Below, one piece after another: positions 23,130-37,143 of a stretch of 64,000 bases of DNA. Positions within the stretch are counted from its first letter, which is position 1; each line of letters starts with the position of its first letter. The stretch lies in NCBI RefSeq assembly GCF_004010195.1, contig NC_057719.1, positions 9,711,112 through 9,775,111 on the forward strand, read 5' to 3'. The notes beneath the pieces were generated by a model. That model ran no database searches, was not told the DNA's origin, and worked only from the letters and a program-made list of their open reading frames with translations. Made by a program: the position numbers and the translations under genes. Origin of the DNA: Chiloscyllium plagiosum. Its lineage: Eukaryota.

Positions 23130-25288
23130 GAACATATTAGAACATAGAACATTACAGCAAAGCATAGGCCGTTCAGCCCGCAATTTCGCGCCAAACTATG
23201 AAACCAATCTGAAGCCCATCTAACCTACAGTATTCCATTATCATCCATATGTTTATCCAATGACCATTTAAATGCCCTTAAAGTTGGCAAGCCCATGACT
23301 TTTGCAGGCAGTGTGTTCCACACACTTTCTACTGAGTAAAAAAAGGCTCTCCCTGTCCACCCCATCTAACCCTCTGATTATCTTATATGTCTCAAATAAG
23401 TCACCTCTCAACCTTCTTCTCTCTAATGAAAACAGCCTCAAGTCCCTCAGCTTTTCCTCATAAGACTTTCCTCCATATCAGACAATATCCTGGTAAATTT
23501 CCTCTGAGCTCTTTCCAAAGCTTTTACATCCTTCCAAAAATGTGGTGACTAGAATTGTAAGCAATACTCCAAGTATGGCCACACCAGTGTTTTGGACAGC
23601 TGCAGCATGACCTCGTGGCTCCAAAACTCAATCCCTCTGTGAATAAAAGCTAACACACCGAATGCCTTCTTAATAAACCTATCAACCTACGTGACAAATT
23701 TCAGGGATCTATTTACATGACACCGAGATCTCTCTGTTCATCTACACCTGCAACATCCTTCAGCACTGTCCACAACTCCACCGACCTTAGTGTCATCTGC
23801 AAATTTACTAACCCATCCTTCCATGCCCTCATCTAGGTCATTTATAAAAATGACAAACAGCAGTGGCCCCAAAACAGATCCTTGCGGTACACACGAGGAA
23901 CTGAACTCCAGGATGAACATTTCCCATCAACCACTCTACCCTCTGTCTTCTTTCAGTTTGCCAATTTCTGATCTAAAACCACTAAATCACCCTCAACCCC
24001 ATGCTTCCATATTTTGTGCAATAGCCTACCATGGGAAACTTTATCAAATACCATACTGAAATCCACATACACCACATCAACCACTTTACCCTCATCCACC
24101 TGTTTGGTCACCATCTCAATGAACTCAATAAGATTTATGAGGCATGACCTACCCTTCACAAAACCATGTTGACTATCCCTAATCAATTTATTCCTCTCTA
24201 GATGATTATAAATCCTATCTCTTATAACCTTTTCCAACACTTTACTTACAACCAAAGTAAGGCTCACTGGTCTATAGTTACCAGGGTTGTCCCTACACCT
24301 CTCCTTGAACAAGGGGATAGCATTTGTTATCATCCAGTCTTCTGGCAGTATTCCTGTAGATAATGACGACATAAAGATTAAAGCCAAAGGCTCTGCAATC
24401 TCCTCCCTGGCTTCTCAGAGAATCTGAGGATAAATCCCATCCGGCCCAGGGGACTTAGCTATTTTCATGCTTTCCAGAATTGTGAACACCTCCTCCTTGT
24501 GAACCTCAATCTCATCTAGTCTCAGCCTGTATCGCAAAATTCTCCTCCACAACATAGTATTCAGACTGGAAAAAGACAAACAAAAAATATTCATTTAGTG
24601 CTTCCCCTATCTCCTCAGACTCCATGCACAACCTCTCACCACTGTCCTTGATTGGCCCTAATTTTTCCCTAGTCATTCTTTTATTCCTGATATACCTATA
24701 GAAACGTTAGGGTTTTCCTTGATTCTGTCTGCCAATGCCTTCTCGTGTTCCCTCCTGGCTCTTCTTAGCTCTCTCTTTAGGTCCTTCCTGGCTAACTTGT
24801 AACTCTCAAGCACCCTAACTGAGCCTTCACATCTCATCCTAACGCAAGCCTTCTTCTTCCTCTTGATAAGAGATTCAACTTCCTTAGTAAACCACGGCTC
24901 CCTTGCTCGACCATTTCCTCCCTGCCTGACCGGTACATACTTCTCAAGGACACGCAGTAGCTGTACCTTGAATAAGCTCCACATTTCAATTGTGCCCATC
25001 CCCTGCAGTTTCCTTCCCCATTCTCTCCATCCTAAATCTTGCCTGATCACATCATAATTGCCTTTCCCACAGCAATAACTCTTGCCATGCAGTATATACT
25101 TATCCCTTTCCATTGCTAAAGTAAACATAATTGAATTGTGGTCACTATCACCAAAGTGCTCACCTACCCCCAAATCTAACACCTGGCCGGGTTCATTACC
25201 TAGTACCAAATCCAATGTGGTCTCGTCCCTTGTTGGCTTGTCTACATACTGTGTTAGGAAACTGTCCAGCACACACTGGACAAAAACT
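23130..25288 (-). mobile_element. CR1 LINE, 5'-truncated (endonuclease to 3' tail), same family as 8752-12036
   Basis: [35 protein letters not shown] and FADD fragments. Confidence 0.92.
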
Positions 25289-25817
25289 ATATTGATCGGG
25301 TTACAGTTTGTGAGGCATGGAGGAAGCTCATGCCGAGTATAGCTTTTGGGATTAACCAGATGAGCTGAATGGCCTGATTCCAGGTAAAAAAGGAGATTTT
25401 AGATTTAGATTCAGATTTTATTGTCACATGGACTCAGGAGTACAGTGAAAAGTGACTAATGTCGTTCCGCACGGCGCTATCGTAGGTACAAAGGTTACAA
25501 GGTACAAAAAGGTCCCAATGTGGTCTCGCCCCTTGTTGGCTTGTCTACATACTGCGTTAGGAAACCGTCCAGCACACACTGGACAAAAACTTTATTGATC
25601 GGGTTACAGTTTGTGAGGCATGGAGGAAGCTCATGCCGAGTATAGCTTTTGGGATTAACCAGATGAGCTGAATGGCCTGATTCCAGGTAAAAAAGGAGAT
25701 TTTAGATTTAGATTCAGATTTTATTGTCACATGGACTCAGGAGTACAGTGAAAAGTGACTAATGTCGTTCCGCACGGCGCTATCGTAGGTACAAAGGTTA
25801 CAAGGTACAAAAAGGTC
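25212..25817. repeat. Tandem duplication, 2 x 303 bp
   Basis: 25212-25514 and 25515-25817 differ at 4 positions by my count. Confidence 0.95.
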
Positions 25818-26673
25818 ACGTACTACATCGTAAAATAAAAGTTAAGAAGTTAAGCATTACAGGCCTTCATAGAATTAGTAGAAAAACAAAAAATATAAGA
25901 ATTAGGAGCAGGATTATGCTATCGGGCCAATTGAGTCTGCTCCACCATTCCGCTAATCTCTTTGTGGACTCAGCTCCACTTACCTACCCACTCACCACCA
26001 ATTCCTGTACTGTCCAAATATCTATCTATCTTTGCCTTAAAGACATTCAAAGTAGCGTCAACTGCTTCACTGGGCACAGAATTTCACAGATTCACAATCC
26101 TTTGGGCAAAACATTTCCTACTCAACTTAGTCCCTCCTAAATCTGCTCCCCCTTAGGTCTACAAGAAATAAAGTAAGAGTTAACATTAAAGTCCTTCTTA
26201 ATATAAACTAGAAAATAAAGGATTGAAGTTATAAGTTTAACAGTATTTGATGAGTGCTTGTTGGGGTCCCACTTTCCTGTGTTCAGCTCGCTCTCAGATG
26301 TCTCAAAGTGCCTTCTAGCTGATTAATTGCGTTTGGAGTAAAGGTAAAGTCATCATTGTCCTACTTTCTCCTTAGAGAGGGATAACTGGTGGTGAGTTTA
26401 ACCTGTAGGTCACTTCACCTCAGGTAAGGGGGCAATGTTGAGAAGGCAGGACCTTTGTGGTGATCTCAGCCAGATCAGGAATTGAACCTGTGCTGTTGCT
26501 GTTATGCTCCATCACCAATCCAGCCAACTGAGCTAACTAACACCGTCGGCTTTTGAGGTGTAGTCACTGTTACAATGCAGGAAATGTAGAATACAACTTG
26601 TGCACAACAAAATCCCACAAGGAGTGATAATGACCCGTCATGTTATCGTGTTACTGGCATAGGAATAAATAAT

Positions 26674-26799
26674 TCCTATGCCATTCCTTAAGAAGGACTT
26701 ATGCCCAAAACGTCGATTCTCCTGTTCCCTGGATGCTGCCTGACCTGCAACACATTTTCAGCTCTGATCTCCAGCATCTGCAGACCTCAATTTCTCCTC
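26674..26799 (+). mobile_element. Short Penelope-derived repeat with degenerate hammerhead core
   Basis: ccttaagaaggacttatgcccaaaacgtcgatt...gatgctgcctgacctgc; TSD taggaataaataat (26660-26673 / 26800-26813). Confidence 0.65.
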
Positions 26800-27952
26800 T
26801 AGGAATAAATAATGGTCAGGAGACCAGAGGTAGCGCCCTTGCTCTTATTAAAAAAAAACTGTGCCATGGAATCTCTTAGATCATAGAACATAGAACAGTA
26901 CAGCACAGGAACTGGCCCTTCAGCCCACTATGTTTGCGCCAACCATGATACTATTCTAATCCCATCTGCCTGTACATTGTCCACATCCCTCTATTTCTAT
27001 TGCCTGCCTGTTCATGTGTCTCTTAAATTTTGTTATTGTATCTGCTTCTCCCACCTGCCCTGGCAACTTGTTCAATGCATCTACTACCCTCTGGGTCAAA
27101 AAGCCTTCCCCCTCTCACCTTAAACCTATGCCCCTTGGTGTCTGGATAGAGGCTCCGATTATCCACCCTATCCAAGCCTCTTATAAGTGCATATACTTCT
27201 ATCAAGCCGCTCCCGCCCCCACACACCCCACTTAGCCTCCGATTTTGTCCAATATCTCATTGGAAGGATAGCATCACCCATGGTGCAGCATTCCCTCAGT
27301 ACCGTGGGGGAATGCCAGTTTTGGTTTTTGCTAGCAAGCTCTAGAATTAGACTTGAGCCCAGAAACGAGTGACTTGGAGATGGGAGCATTACCCAGTGAT
27401 GCACAGCTAACACCCATTTTATGTAATTTGGACATAATGCACAGTTAATATTTAGAAACAAGAGTTGGGCAAGAGCTTCACTGGGATAAAGACTGAAAGA
27501 TTATTCTTGAACTGTCTGGCAATCATAATAATGCTTCAGAAATGTCAACCTGTCCAGGCATGCTACAATGTACCTCTGGAGAAGGTGGAACTTGAACCTG
27601 TGCCTCCTGATTCAGAGCTAGAGACACCACCATTGTGTGATGAAAGCTCCAAAAGCATATTCTGTGGTTCTCAGCAAGTGTTACACATCTCCTGAAAGCA
27701 CCCAGTTCATTCTGAGTGATGAACCATCCCTGTGACTTAAACATCAATGTTTACATCAAGGGTTTACTTAAAGGAGGCAAAGGGAAATATCTATTATCTA
27801 TTGGCATTAAGATAATCTTCAAAAAGTATTGCACTGACATATTTATTTCAGGCTGAAATCAGCTAAGTTCTCATTAGTTTTCTCCTGGCTAATGTGCTCT
27901 GAATGCAAGAAGGTAAAAAGGAAATCTTGCACTTTGTTGATGTTTAGTACAT

Positions 27953-28400
27953 CATAGAGTCATACAGCAGGAAAACAGACCCTTCAGTCCAACCAGTCCA
28001 TGCTGATCATAATCCCAAATTAAACTAGCCCCACCTGCCTGTTTCTGGCCCACATCCCTCCAAATCTTTCCTATTCATGTAATTATCCAAATGTCTTTTA
28101 AACATTGTAATTGTAGCCATATCTGTCACTTGCTCAGCAAGTTCATTCAACACATGAACCACCCTCTGTGTAAAACCTTTGCCCCTCCTGTCTTTTTTAA
28201 ATCTCTCTCCTCTCACCTTAAAAATGTGCTCCCTGGTCTTGAAAGCCCCCACCCTCAAGAGAAGATAACTACCATTAGCTCCATCTATCCCTTTCATTAT
28301 TTTCTAAATTTCTGTAAGATCGCCTCTCAACCTCCTACGCTCCAGTGAAAAAAGTCCCAGCCTATCCAACCTTTCCTTATAACTCAAACCTTCCATACCA
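27953..28400 (-). mobile_element. CR1 3' end
   Basis: FTQRVVHVLNEL...FKRHLD and CR1 3' UTR. Confidence 0.85.
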
Positions 28401-29749
28401 TGTGTACTGGGCCTTAATGAGGTCATGATTTTTTGGACTTAACTCTAACTGGAGTTTAAAGTAAGCTGTCTTTCATTTCCAGAAGTGTTGCAAAATAGAA
28501 AAAAAAAATCCACAATATCATCATTATTTCCTTTTTGGCATGAATGCCACCTATGCGCACAAGACTACTACTTTTAAATGGTCAACAACAGTTATTATTA
28601 TACAGAAAAAAAAGGAGACTCAAACAACAAATCGAAATAAGCAGGGAAAACCTCTATTCCACAATACAGATTTTTACACTGGCATTATTAGAGAGAGTAG
28701 ATATCCATAAGAAAGATGGATAGTCAAAATTCTAGCTATGGATTTCTAATCCATTGACATTCCAATATAACTTCAGCTGTTTAAATGAAGAATTAATCTT
28801 TACACTATTGAAACACTGGTGAGATTAACCATAAATTTCAAAAATGAAATTTGGAACAAGTCATAATTTCACAAGCTCTAAGTCAAGACATGGCAGCCTC
28901 CATACATGGAGGTCGCATGGGCACAGAACGAAAACAATAGATTGTGCTAGATTAATAAGGAGATTGCTCAACAGTGTGAACAATTCCATCAGCCTCAACA
29001 ATGGAGAGAAACCCTTCTTCTACGTGAGATTCCTTTCGAAGCCAAGCTGCAAGACTGTGGCTGATACATTCCCTATTCAACGGCATATCTTACACTCTAA
29101 TGACTATTTCTTTTGGTCAACAAAACTTAATTCAAGGTAGTTCAAGAGTTACTGGCACATTGACCACTGTATTCAAATGCATTTGGAATTTCTGACAAGG
29201 GTCCACAGTGTATTGGTGCACCCTTCCAAGACAATGCAGGAAATGGGAGTGTTCAGCAAAATACCTCCACTCCACACTTCCCTTGAACAGTGTCAAAGAA
29301 CATACTGTGCTGTACGTTTACTAATCATGGATGTTAAAGTAATTTGCCAAGAGTCTTGGACAGTTATGCTAAATTGGGGTGGTCCTCCTCCAGATGAGTC
29401 ATTTCAGTGCTTGGAATGTCTATCCACAACATTCTCCCATCCCACATGTTCACAATGCAACCACTCATTCCTGATGTGCTGGGGGAAAGACCAATGAGCA
29501 TGCTGACATTTATCCCAATATGAATGAGGACAATGCAAGTTCAAGATTTCTGCCCCAATGGATGGAGTGTATGGAAAGATATTAGAATGTTGCGACCATC
29601 CTGGATCACATCTAACAATGGTCAAGTTCTGTGAAGAAGTAGACAACATGTCTGAAATGCATATCACTGACCACGTCACACATAACAATAAATTCAGTAT
29701 CTGAGTTACCATGTCAGACAACAATCACAAGTGATAGAGATCCACCAGT

Positions 29750-31495
29750 GATTTCATTTGATGCATTATTGTCACTTGTACTGAGATACAGTGAGAAGTA
29801 TTGTTATGCATGTTAACCAGAAAAATCATACCTTACATAAAAACATCATGGTATTGAACAGAATGCAGAATGCCATGTTACAGCTACAGAGAAGTTGCAG
29901 AGAAAGAACAACTCTAATATATGAGAGGTCCATTCATTAATCTGATAAGGAGCTGTTCTTTAAACTGTTGGTACGTGCTTCAACCCTTTGTACCTTCTGT
30001 CCAATGGAAGAGGGTGCGAGAGAGTATAACCAGGGAGGTGCCTTTGATGATGTTGGCTATTTTCCTGAGGCAGCAGAAGAATAGATGGAGTGAAAGAAAG
30101 GAAGGCTGGTTTTCATAATGGACAGAGCTGCATTCACAACTCTGTAATTTCTTGCAGTCTACAGTAAAGCAGTTGCCATACCAAGCTGTGATGTATCTGG
30201 ATAGGATGCTTTCAATGGTGCATCTATAAAAACTGGTACTGAATAAACCGAATTTCCGTAGCCTTCTGAAGACAGTGTCGATGTGGATGGATCAGGACAG
30301 ATTGTTGATTATATTTATTTACTCCGAGCAACTTGAAGCTATTGACCATCCCTACTTCAGCACCATTGTTGCAGACAGGCACCTGTCCTCCACTCTGCTT
30401 CCTGAAGTTGATGATCAGCTCCTTCATTTTGCTGATATTGAGGGAGAGTTTGTTCTCCTTACACTGTGCCACTAAGCTGTCTATCTCTTTCCTGCACTCT
30501 GTCTCATTGTTGTTTGAGATCCGACCCACTACAGTGGTGTCATCAGCAAATTTGTAAATGGAGTTAGAGCTGAATTTAGCCACACAGTTGTGAGTGTATA
30601 AGGAGTAGTGTAAGGGGCGGAGGGCACAGCCTTGTAGGGCACCAATGTTGAGGATTATTGTGATGGAGATGTTGTCACCTATACTTAATGATTGCAGTCT
30701 GTGGGTCAGCAAGTCAAAAATCCAGTTGCAGAGGGGGGAAAACAGAGTCTTGGAGTTTGGAGATGAGTTTTGTTGGAATTATGGAGCGAAGGTGGAGCTA
30801 TAATCAATAAATATGAGCCTGATGTGGATGTCTTTGCTATCTAGATGTTCCAGGGATGGGTGTCGGGCCAGGGAGGTGGCATCTGCCCTGGACATATTGA
30901 TGAAGGACTTTTGCTGAAAACGCAATTCTCCTGCTCCCCGGATGCTGCCTGACCTGCTGTGCTTTTCCAGCACCACATTCTCGACTCTAATCTCCAGCAT
31001 CTGCCATCCTCACTTTCACCTTTTGTGACCGTAGGCGAATTGTGGTGGATCAAGGCAACCTGGGAGAGTGGAGTTGATGTGCGCTGGTACTAACCTCTCG
31101 AAGCACTTCATAATGATGGATGTCAAAGCTACTGGGTGGCTGATTTTTCTTTGGCACCAGGATAGTGGTTTTCTTAAAACAGGTGGGAACCTCAGACTGT
31201 AGTAAGGAGAGGTTAAAGATATCAGCGAGTACTCCCTGCCGCTGGTCTGCACAGGATCTGGGTACATGGCTGGACACTCCATCTGGGCCGGTCGCTTTCT
31301 ATGGGTTCACTCTCAAGAAGGCAGACCTGATCCCTGCAATGGTGACCATGGGTACAGGAGCACATGAGGCTGTCGAGGCAGGTGACATCATTTCACTGCC
31401 CTTCTATTCAAAACGAGCGTAGAATGCATTGAGCTCATTGGGGAGGGATACATTATTGTCAGTAACACTACTTGACTTCACTTTGGAGCCTGTGA
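29750..31495 (-). mobile_element. Rex1/Babar-like LINE, interrupted by a Penelope-derived repeat (~30897-31020)
   Basis: [36 protein letters not shown]. Confidence 0.88.
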
Positions 31496-32007
31496 TGATG
31501 GGCAGCTCAGCAGAATGAGGTAACACAGCCAAGTCACACTAGCTGCACACAGAGTCATACCGCACGGAAAACAGGCCCTTCAGTTAAACTGGTCCATGCT
31601 GAACATAATCCTATACTAAACTAGTCACACCCACCTGCTCCTGACCCACATCTCTCTAAATCATTCCTATTCATGGACTTATCAAAATGTCTTTCACCCT
31701 TGTAATTGAATCCACATCCACCACTTCCTCAGAAAGCTCATTCCACAAGCGAATGGCCCTCTGCGTAAAACAAAATTGTCCTTCATGTATTTTTTAAACC
31801 TCTCTCTACAAACTCAGATGATGCTGAATAAACCACTTCTATTCTCACTTTGGTTCTGAAGAAGAGTCATATCAACCTCAAAACATGAACGTGGTTTCTC
31901 TTTCCTTAGATCCTGTTGAATTTCTCCAGCAGTCTGTTTTTATTTAAGATCTTTTGTATTTCTCTTTACTTTTCTTTCAGAATTTGTATTTATGTGCCCT
32001 GGATTAT

Positions 32008-32290
32008 GGGCGGCACGGTGGCTCAGTGGTTAGCACTGCTGCCTCACAGCGCCAGAGACCCGGGTTCAATTCCTGCCTCAGTCAACTGTCTGTGTGGAGT
32101 TTGCACATTCTCCCTGTGTCCGAGTGGGTTTCCTCCGGGTGCTCCGGTTTCCTCCCACAGTCCAAAGATGTGCAGGGTAGGTGAATTGGCTATGCTAAAT
32201 TGCCTGTAGTGTTAGGTGTAGGTGGCTCTTCAGAGGGTCGGTGTGGACTTTTTGGGCCGAAGGGCCTGTTTCCACACTGTAAGTAATCTA
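32008..32290 (+). mobile_element. HE1-type SINE
   Basis: A and B boxes plus core as in 6571-6901. Confidence 0.9.
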
Positions 32291-33183
32291 ACAATGGTTT
32301 GGGTTTCCCCTTGTCTAGATCACCCTTCCCACAAACTGTGTTGATAATCATAGGAAACTCCATGAGATCTTCCCTCAGACTCCGATTTCCCAGTGGAAGA
32401 TAGTCCAGCTGCTAAACAATGTGCAAAAGTGAATGGAAATGTAGTTGGAAAACATATTCCAAAACTGACCTTTTTCAGGGAAGTTAAAAAAAATTTATTG
32501 GTTTGGGAAATTAAAATTCAAGTATTTTACAAACATCTTCGAATGATATCGGTTATTAATTAGGTATGATACATTAATTGCATTTGTATTCTTAAACCGG
32601 TTCTTGAAAAGCTGTGCAAGTACTCTAGGCTACCATCTTAATAACACACTTCTCTTCCTGTGTAACCTAATCAATGATTATGTAAGCCACTGCTAGATTA
32701 AAATTGGTCTCATTACAGCCACAGATGTCTGCATTAACATTTTTAATGAGTTTGATTCAACCTTTTGGTTCCTCCAACAAAGGTTTATAAAAAATCCTAC
32801 CACCTGTGACTTTTAAGTGTAACACTTAGATTAAATTTTCTCAAGTGACATGGAAATTTGTTGCAGCTGTGATGACATAAGTCAGGAGTAACCCTTTACA
32901 TGCCATAGATTGAATTTAATTCACCTAATCACAATGTTTCCTCTCTATTTTGGAGTGGAAGAGTAATTTGTTTCATTGCATGGTCATTTGAACAGCTTTA
33001 TGACTACTTTATGTCTCCCTTGATGCAATGGTAGCGTCCTTACCTCTGACATGAGGAGGCCTGGATCCAGGTCCCACATGTTCCAAATGTATGACATAAA
33101 ATGTCTATACACCTCTGGGAAGTCAGGCCTGACTAGCAGGGACTGATTTCTGCATGTGCCTTCATGTGAATGGTTTGACCCAA

Positions 33184-33497
33184 GGGGCAGCACGGTGGCT
33201 CAGTGGTTCGCACTGCTACCTCATAGCACCAGGGTTCAAGGTTTGATTCCAGCCTTGGGTGACTGTCTGTGTGGAGCTTGCACATTCTCCCAGTGTCTGT
33301 GTGGGTTTCCTCTGGTGCTCCAGTTTCCTCCCACAGTCCAAAGATGTGCAGGTTAGGTGAATCAGCCATGCTAAATTGCCCATTGCGTTAGGTGCATTAG
33401 TCAGGGGGAGAAGGGGTTTGGGTGGGTTACACTTCGGAGGATCGGTGTGGACTTGTTGGGCTGAAGGGCCTGTTTCCACACTATGGGTAATCTAATC
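33184..33497 (+). mobile_element. HE1-type SINE
   Basis: A and B boxes plus core. Confidence 0.9.
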
Positions 33498-35574
33498 GAA
33501 AGATCATCTTACGACTGGATAAGTCAAATTCCACACTAAAAGCTTGATCTGGTCTTCTTCTGGTTTCAATGAGGTGAACTTTCATTGAAACAATCAGGCA
33601 ATGCTGCAGATTTGGTTTTAACAATAATGTAACCTATTACACAAAATAAATTCATATAAAATAGAATAATCTAAAATTATTTGCATGTAACACAAGATTA
33701 GATTTTCAAATCTGATATGGTAAACTACACTCCAATCAGTTCCGACAACACCCTTTCACAGTACTCAAACACCAGACAAAGGCGTCCCTTCTCCATCATA
33801 CATCAGGTTTGACTTAGATATAATTTAGTCTGATTGCCTCCTCCAGGAGACTTCATACAACCAAGTTTAGACATATGCAGCTTGAAATACCATTTTCAGG
33901 GCTTTAACAGAATATCTCTGCTCCGGAATTTTCAAACTAACATCTTACACTGAAGTAACTTATTTCTTAACTGTTTCTAAACAATCACCTTTCTCAGGAA
34001 CAGCTGTCTTAGACATCCCTCTTCAGACAAGACTTGGCAAACCTGAGAAGAAAAAAGGCTTTCTTCAAGATATTGGGTATTCCCACTGAGCTAAAAGAAA
34101 ATTCCAGAATCTTCTAACTAAATCCTAATACATATCGCTGCTTACACTGCTCATAAAATTCACCTAATGAAAACAAAACCCTTTTAGTCTCCAGAAAGTC
34201 TCTATCTCCTACAGAAATACTTTCAAATTAATCAATAAACCACGTCATTGACATAGACAAGTCCTATATGACACGAGTTCAAATTTAAATTCAAAAATAA
34301 ATATTAAAACACACATCACCTGGAAACAATATTTCCCGGTTGTTAGAATTTGACAAACATTAATACTTCTGCACTTCCTTTGATAGGTAATGACACAAAG
34401 GATTGCTTGCACCACGCATGTATGACTGAAAACGAGGCATGTTACCAAAGCTTCTCATTTGCACTCAGAGGACAAATGCAAGAATGCCAAATTTCAAACT
34501 ATCACAAATAAGTTATACTACAAAAAGAAAGTCAACTCTGGCTGGGTGAGGTGTAGAGGTAGCAACAGGGAACTAAGTGGTCCCCGCTTCCAGATAATTC
34601 AAAGCAAAGCACTAGATGTGAACATATTGCTTTTGATTGTACAGAATTGGTCCCTGTGCATGCCATTCCTAGGAAGCACAAGTGAACCATGATATTAATT
34701 CAACGTCTCAAATAGGTTCTTAGTGTAGTTAGTAGCACACTTAGGATTGTTCAGCAATTGTCCTCTGACTCGGTCTCTGTGAACAAAGAAATATCTTCAA
34801 TTACCCAAGAGTGACATAGGATGGAGAGTGGGCACAACCACACAAGTATGTTCGGGCTGCCTCATACTGGGAAGTCTAACTTTGCAACAAAACACGGAAG
34901 TGAAAGGTTTCCTTCCATTTTGAATCAGGAGTCTTCACAGGGAGTATTTCTGGTTCTTTTTTTTAAATTCAAACCATCTGTCATTTACAGTATCTGAGAA
35001 GTGATTCTACAATAATTCTTGATAATTTAATAGCGTGAGCTCTCACATTTGTCTACCTGTTTAACTCTCGCCCAATTCCTTATCTGTGTCTGTTATATTT
35101 CCTTAGCCCTGTGTTTCACTCTGCCTGGATACCAAATCCCATCCGGCAGAAGCAGAGGACTTCTGGAATTTCCAAGACGAATGACTTGAGACAAAAGATG
35201 ATTAACATTAGAAGTTTGAAACTTGTTATTGCATTTTAGTCACTGTGCCACGCTCTGTTGCAGATAATCATTTCATTTAACAGTGTGTGAACCAAAATTA
35301 CAACTGAAATTAACATTCTTAACGTGCCGTATAAAAAGGAATTCTGACATTTGGCTTTATGAAAAAGTACTTTCATTCCCTTTTCATTCTTTCTCTTCAT
35401 TTCACTGCTTCCACACTGTCAGGATTCTATGATTTGCTTCTCCCTCTCATTGAACTCTATTATTCTTTTATTTCATCCAATTCTTGATCAGTCTTTTGTT
35501 ATTCCCTGGTTTTCACTTGTTTCCAGTTTTAGATCTCTTAATTCCTTTCTTTTCAGTCAAATCAAAACCAACAG

Positions 35575-36145
35575 AAACAGAAGATCAGAGGCCATTCAGC
35601 CCCTCAAGCCTGTTCCACCATGCAATGGTTGATCATTGAACTCAATACCCTAATCCTGCCCTCACCCCATTCCCCTTGATCCCTTTAGTCACCACAGCTG
35701 TATCTACTTCTTTCTTGAAAATCCAATCTTTTAACTTTAACTGCTTTGTGGTCATGAATTGCACAAGTTCATCATTTCACTGGGTGGAGTAATTTCTCCT
35801 CATTTTGGTCCTAAAAGGTTTATGCTTTCTCCTTAAATAATGACACCTGGTTTTGGACTCCCCTACCACTGGGAACATCCGTCCTGCATCTAAGCTGTCT
35901 AGTCTTGATAAAACCTTCAGTTTCTGAGAGATTCCCCCTCATTCATCTAACCGCCAGTGAATACAATCCTAACCGACTCAATGTCTCCTCATATGTCAGT
36001 CCTGCCATCCCAGAAATCAGTTTGGAAGACCTTCGCTGCACTCCCTCCACAGCAAGAACATCCTTTCTTGGATAAGGAGACTGAAAGTACACACAATATT
36101 CCAGCTGCTAGCTCACCCACATCCTGTCTAATTGCAGCAAGACAT
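35575..36145 (-). mobile_element. CR1 3' fragment
   Basis: Homologous to 43713-44530. Confidence 0.75.
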
Positions 36146-36293
36146 CCTTGTCCAGAAGTAGGGTGCTGGATCCAAAATTTTAACACGGCTTCCTTTCCAT
36201 GGATGCTGCCGGACTTGCTGAGTTTTACCAGCAATTTCTGTTTCTATTTACGATCCTTGTTCCTGTACTTACTTGGGATACGGTGCGGGCATG

Positions 36294-36512
36294 CCGGTGT
36301 TGGACTGGGGTGGACAAGGTCAGAGGTCACACAATACCAGGTTCTGGGCCGACAGGTTTATTTGAAATCACAAGCTTTGAGAGCACTGCTCCTTCATCAG
36401 ACAACGTCTTGGTGACTTCACCCTGACGAAGGAGCAGCGCTCTGAAAGCTTGTGATTATAAATAAACCTGCTGGACTATAACCTGGTGTCTGTGACTTCT
36501 GACCTTGTTCAC
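36294..36512. mobile_element. Inverted pair of a second hammerhead-bearing Penelope-derived repeat family
   Basis: 36294-36400 (-) and 36423-36512 (+) are diverged reverse complements. Confidence 0.7.
36418..36455 (+). ncRNA. Minimal hammerhead ribozyme motif
   Basis: UCAC(C)-CUGACGA-A-GGAGC(AGC)GCUCU-GAAA-GCUU-GUGA; self-complementary AGCU at stem III. Confidence 0.6.
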
Positions 36513-37143
36513 TCAGGATAGGCATCAATGCAGGGACCTCAAACTGCTGTTTCTCACTCAGTGCTGTTCTGCGAGCCCAGGAGTATGCAACACTAACCCT
36601 CATAATGGTCTCTCCAACCCTCCTGCTTCAGAACCTGTGACACTTTTATTTTGAGCGAGTCACTTTCCACATTTCTGTTCATAACATGCAATTACTAACA
36701 TCGCACAGATTTCTGACAATGAAGTGACTTTAAGAATAATTAGTCTCTACTTGCATTCACAGGCCCAGCATTGCCTTACTCTCCTCTGCAATCTGCAGGG
36801 GTTATTGAACAGGGGTCAGTAGCTCAGCAGTCTCTGTGGGGAATATGTATGTGTGCTACCATTAACATTACTGGGACAGTAATGAATAGGGAGGCGCCAA
36901 CGAGTGATGAGGGGGGTGGGTCAAAAACTTTCACAAGGTTTGTCTCTAACTTCCTCTAATTCATCCCATCTCAAACTAACCTTTCCTGATATAATGGTAG
37001 AAATTGCAGGAGGTATGGCTGGTATAATGTGAGACTGAGTTATCATCAGAGAATCCCTACAGTGTTGAAGCAGGTATTCGGCCCATCAAATGCACATCAC
37101 CCCTCCAACAAGCATCCCTCCCAAGATCCAACCCTCTACCCGA

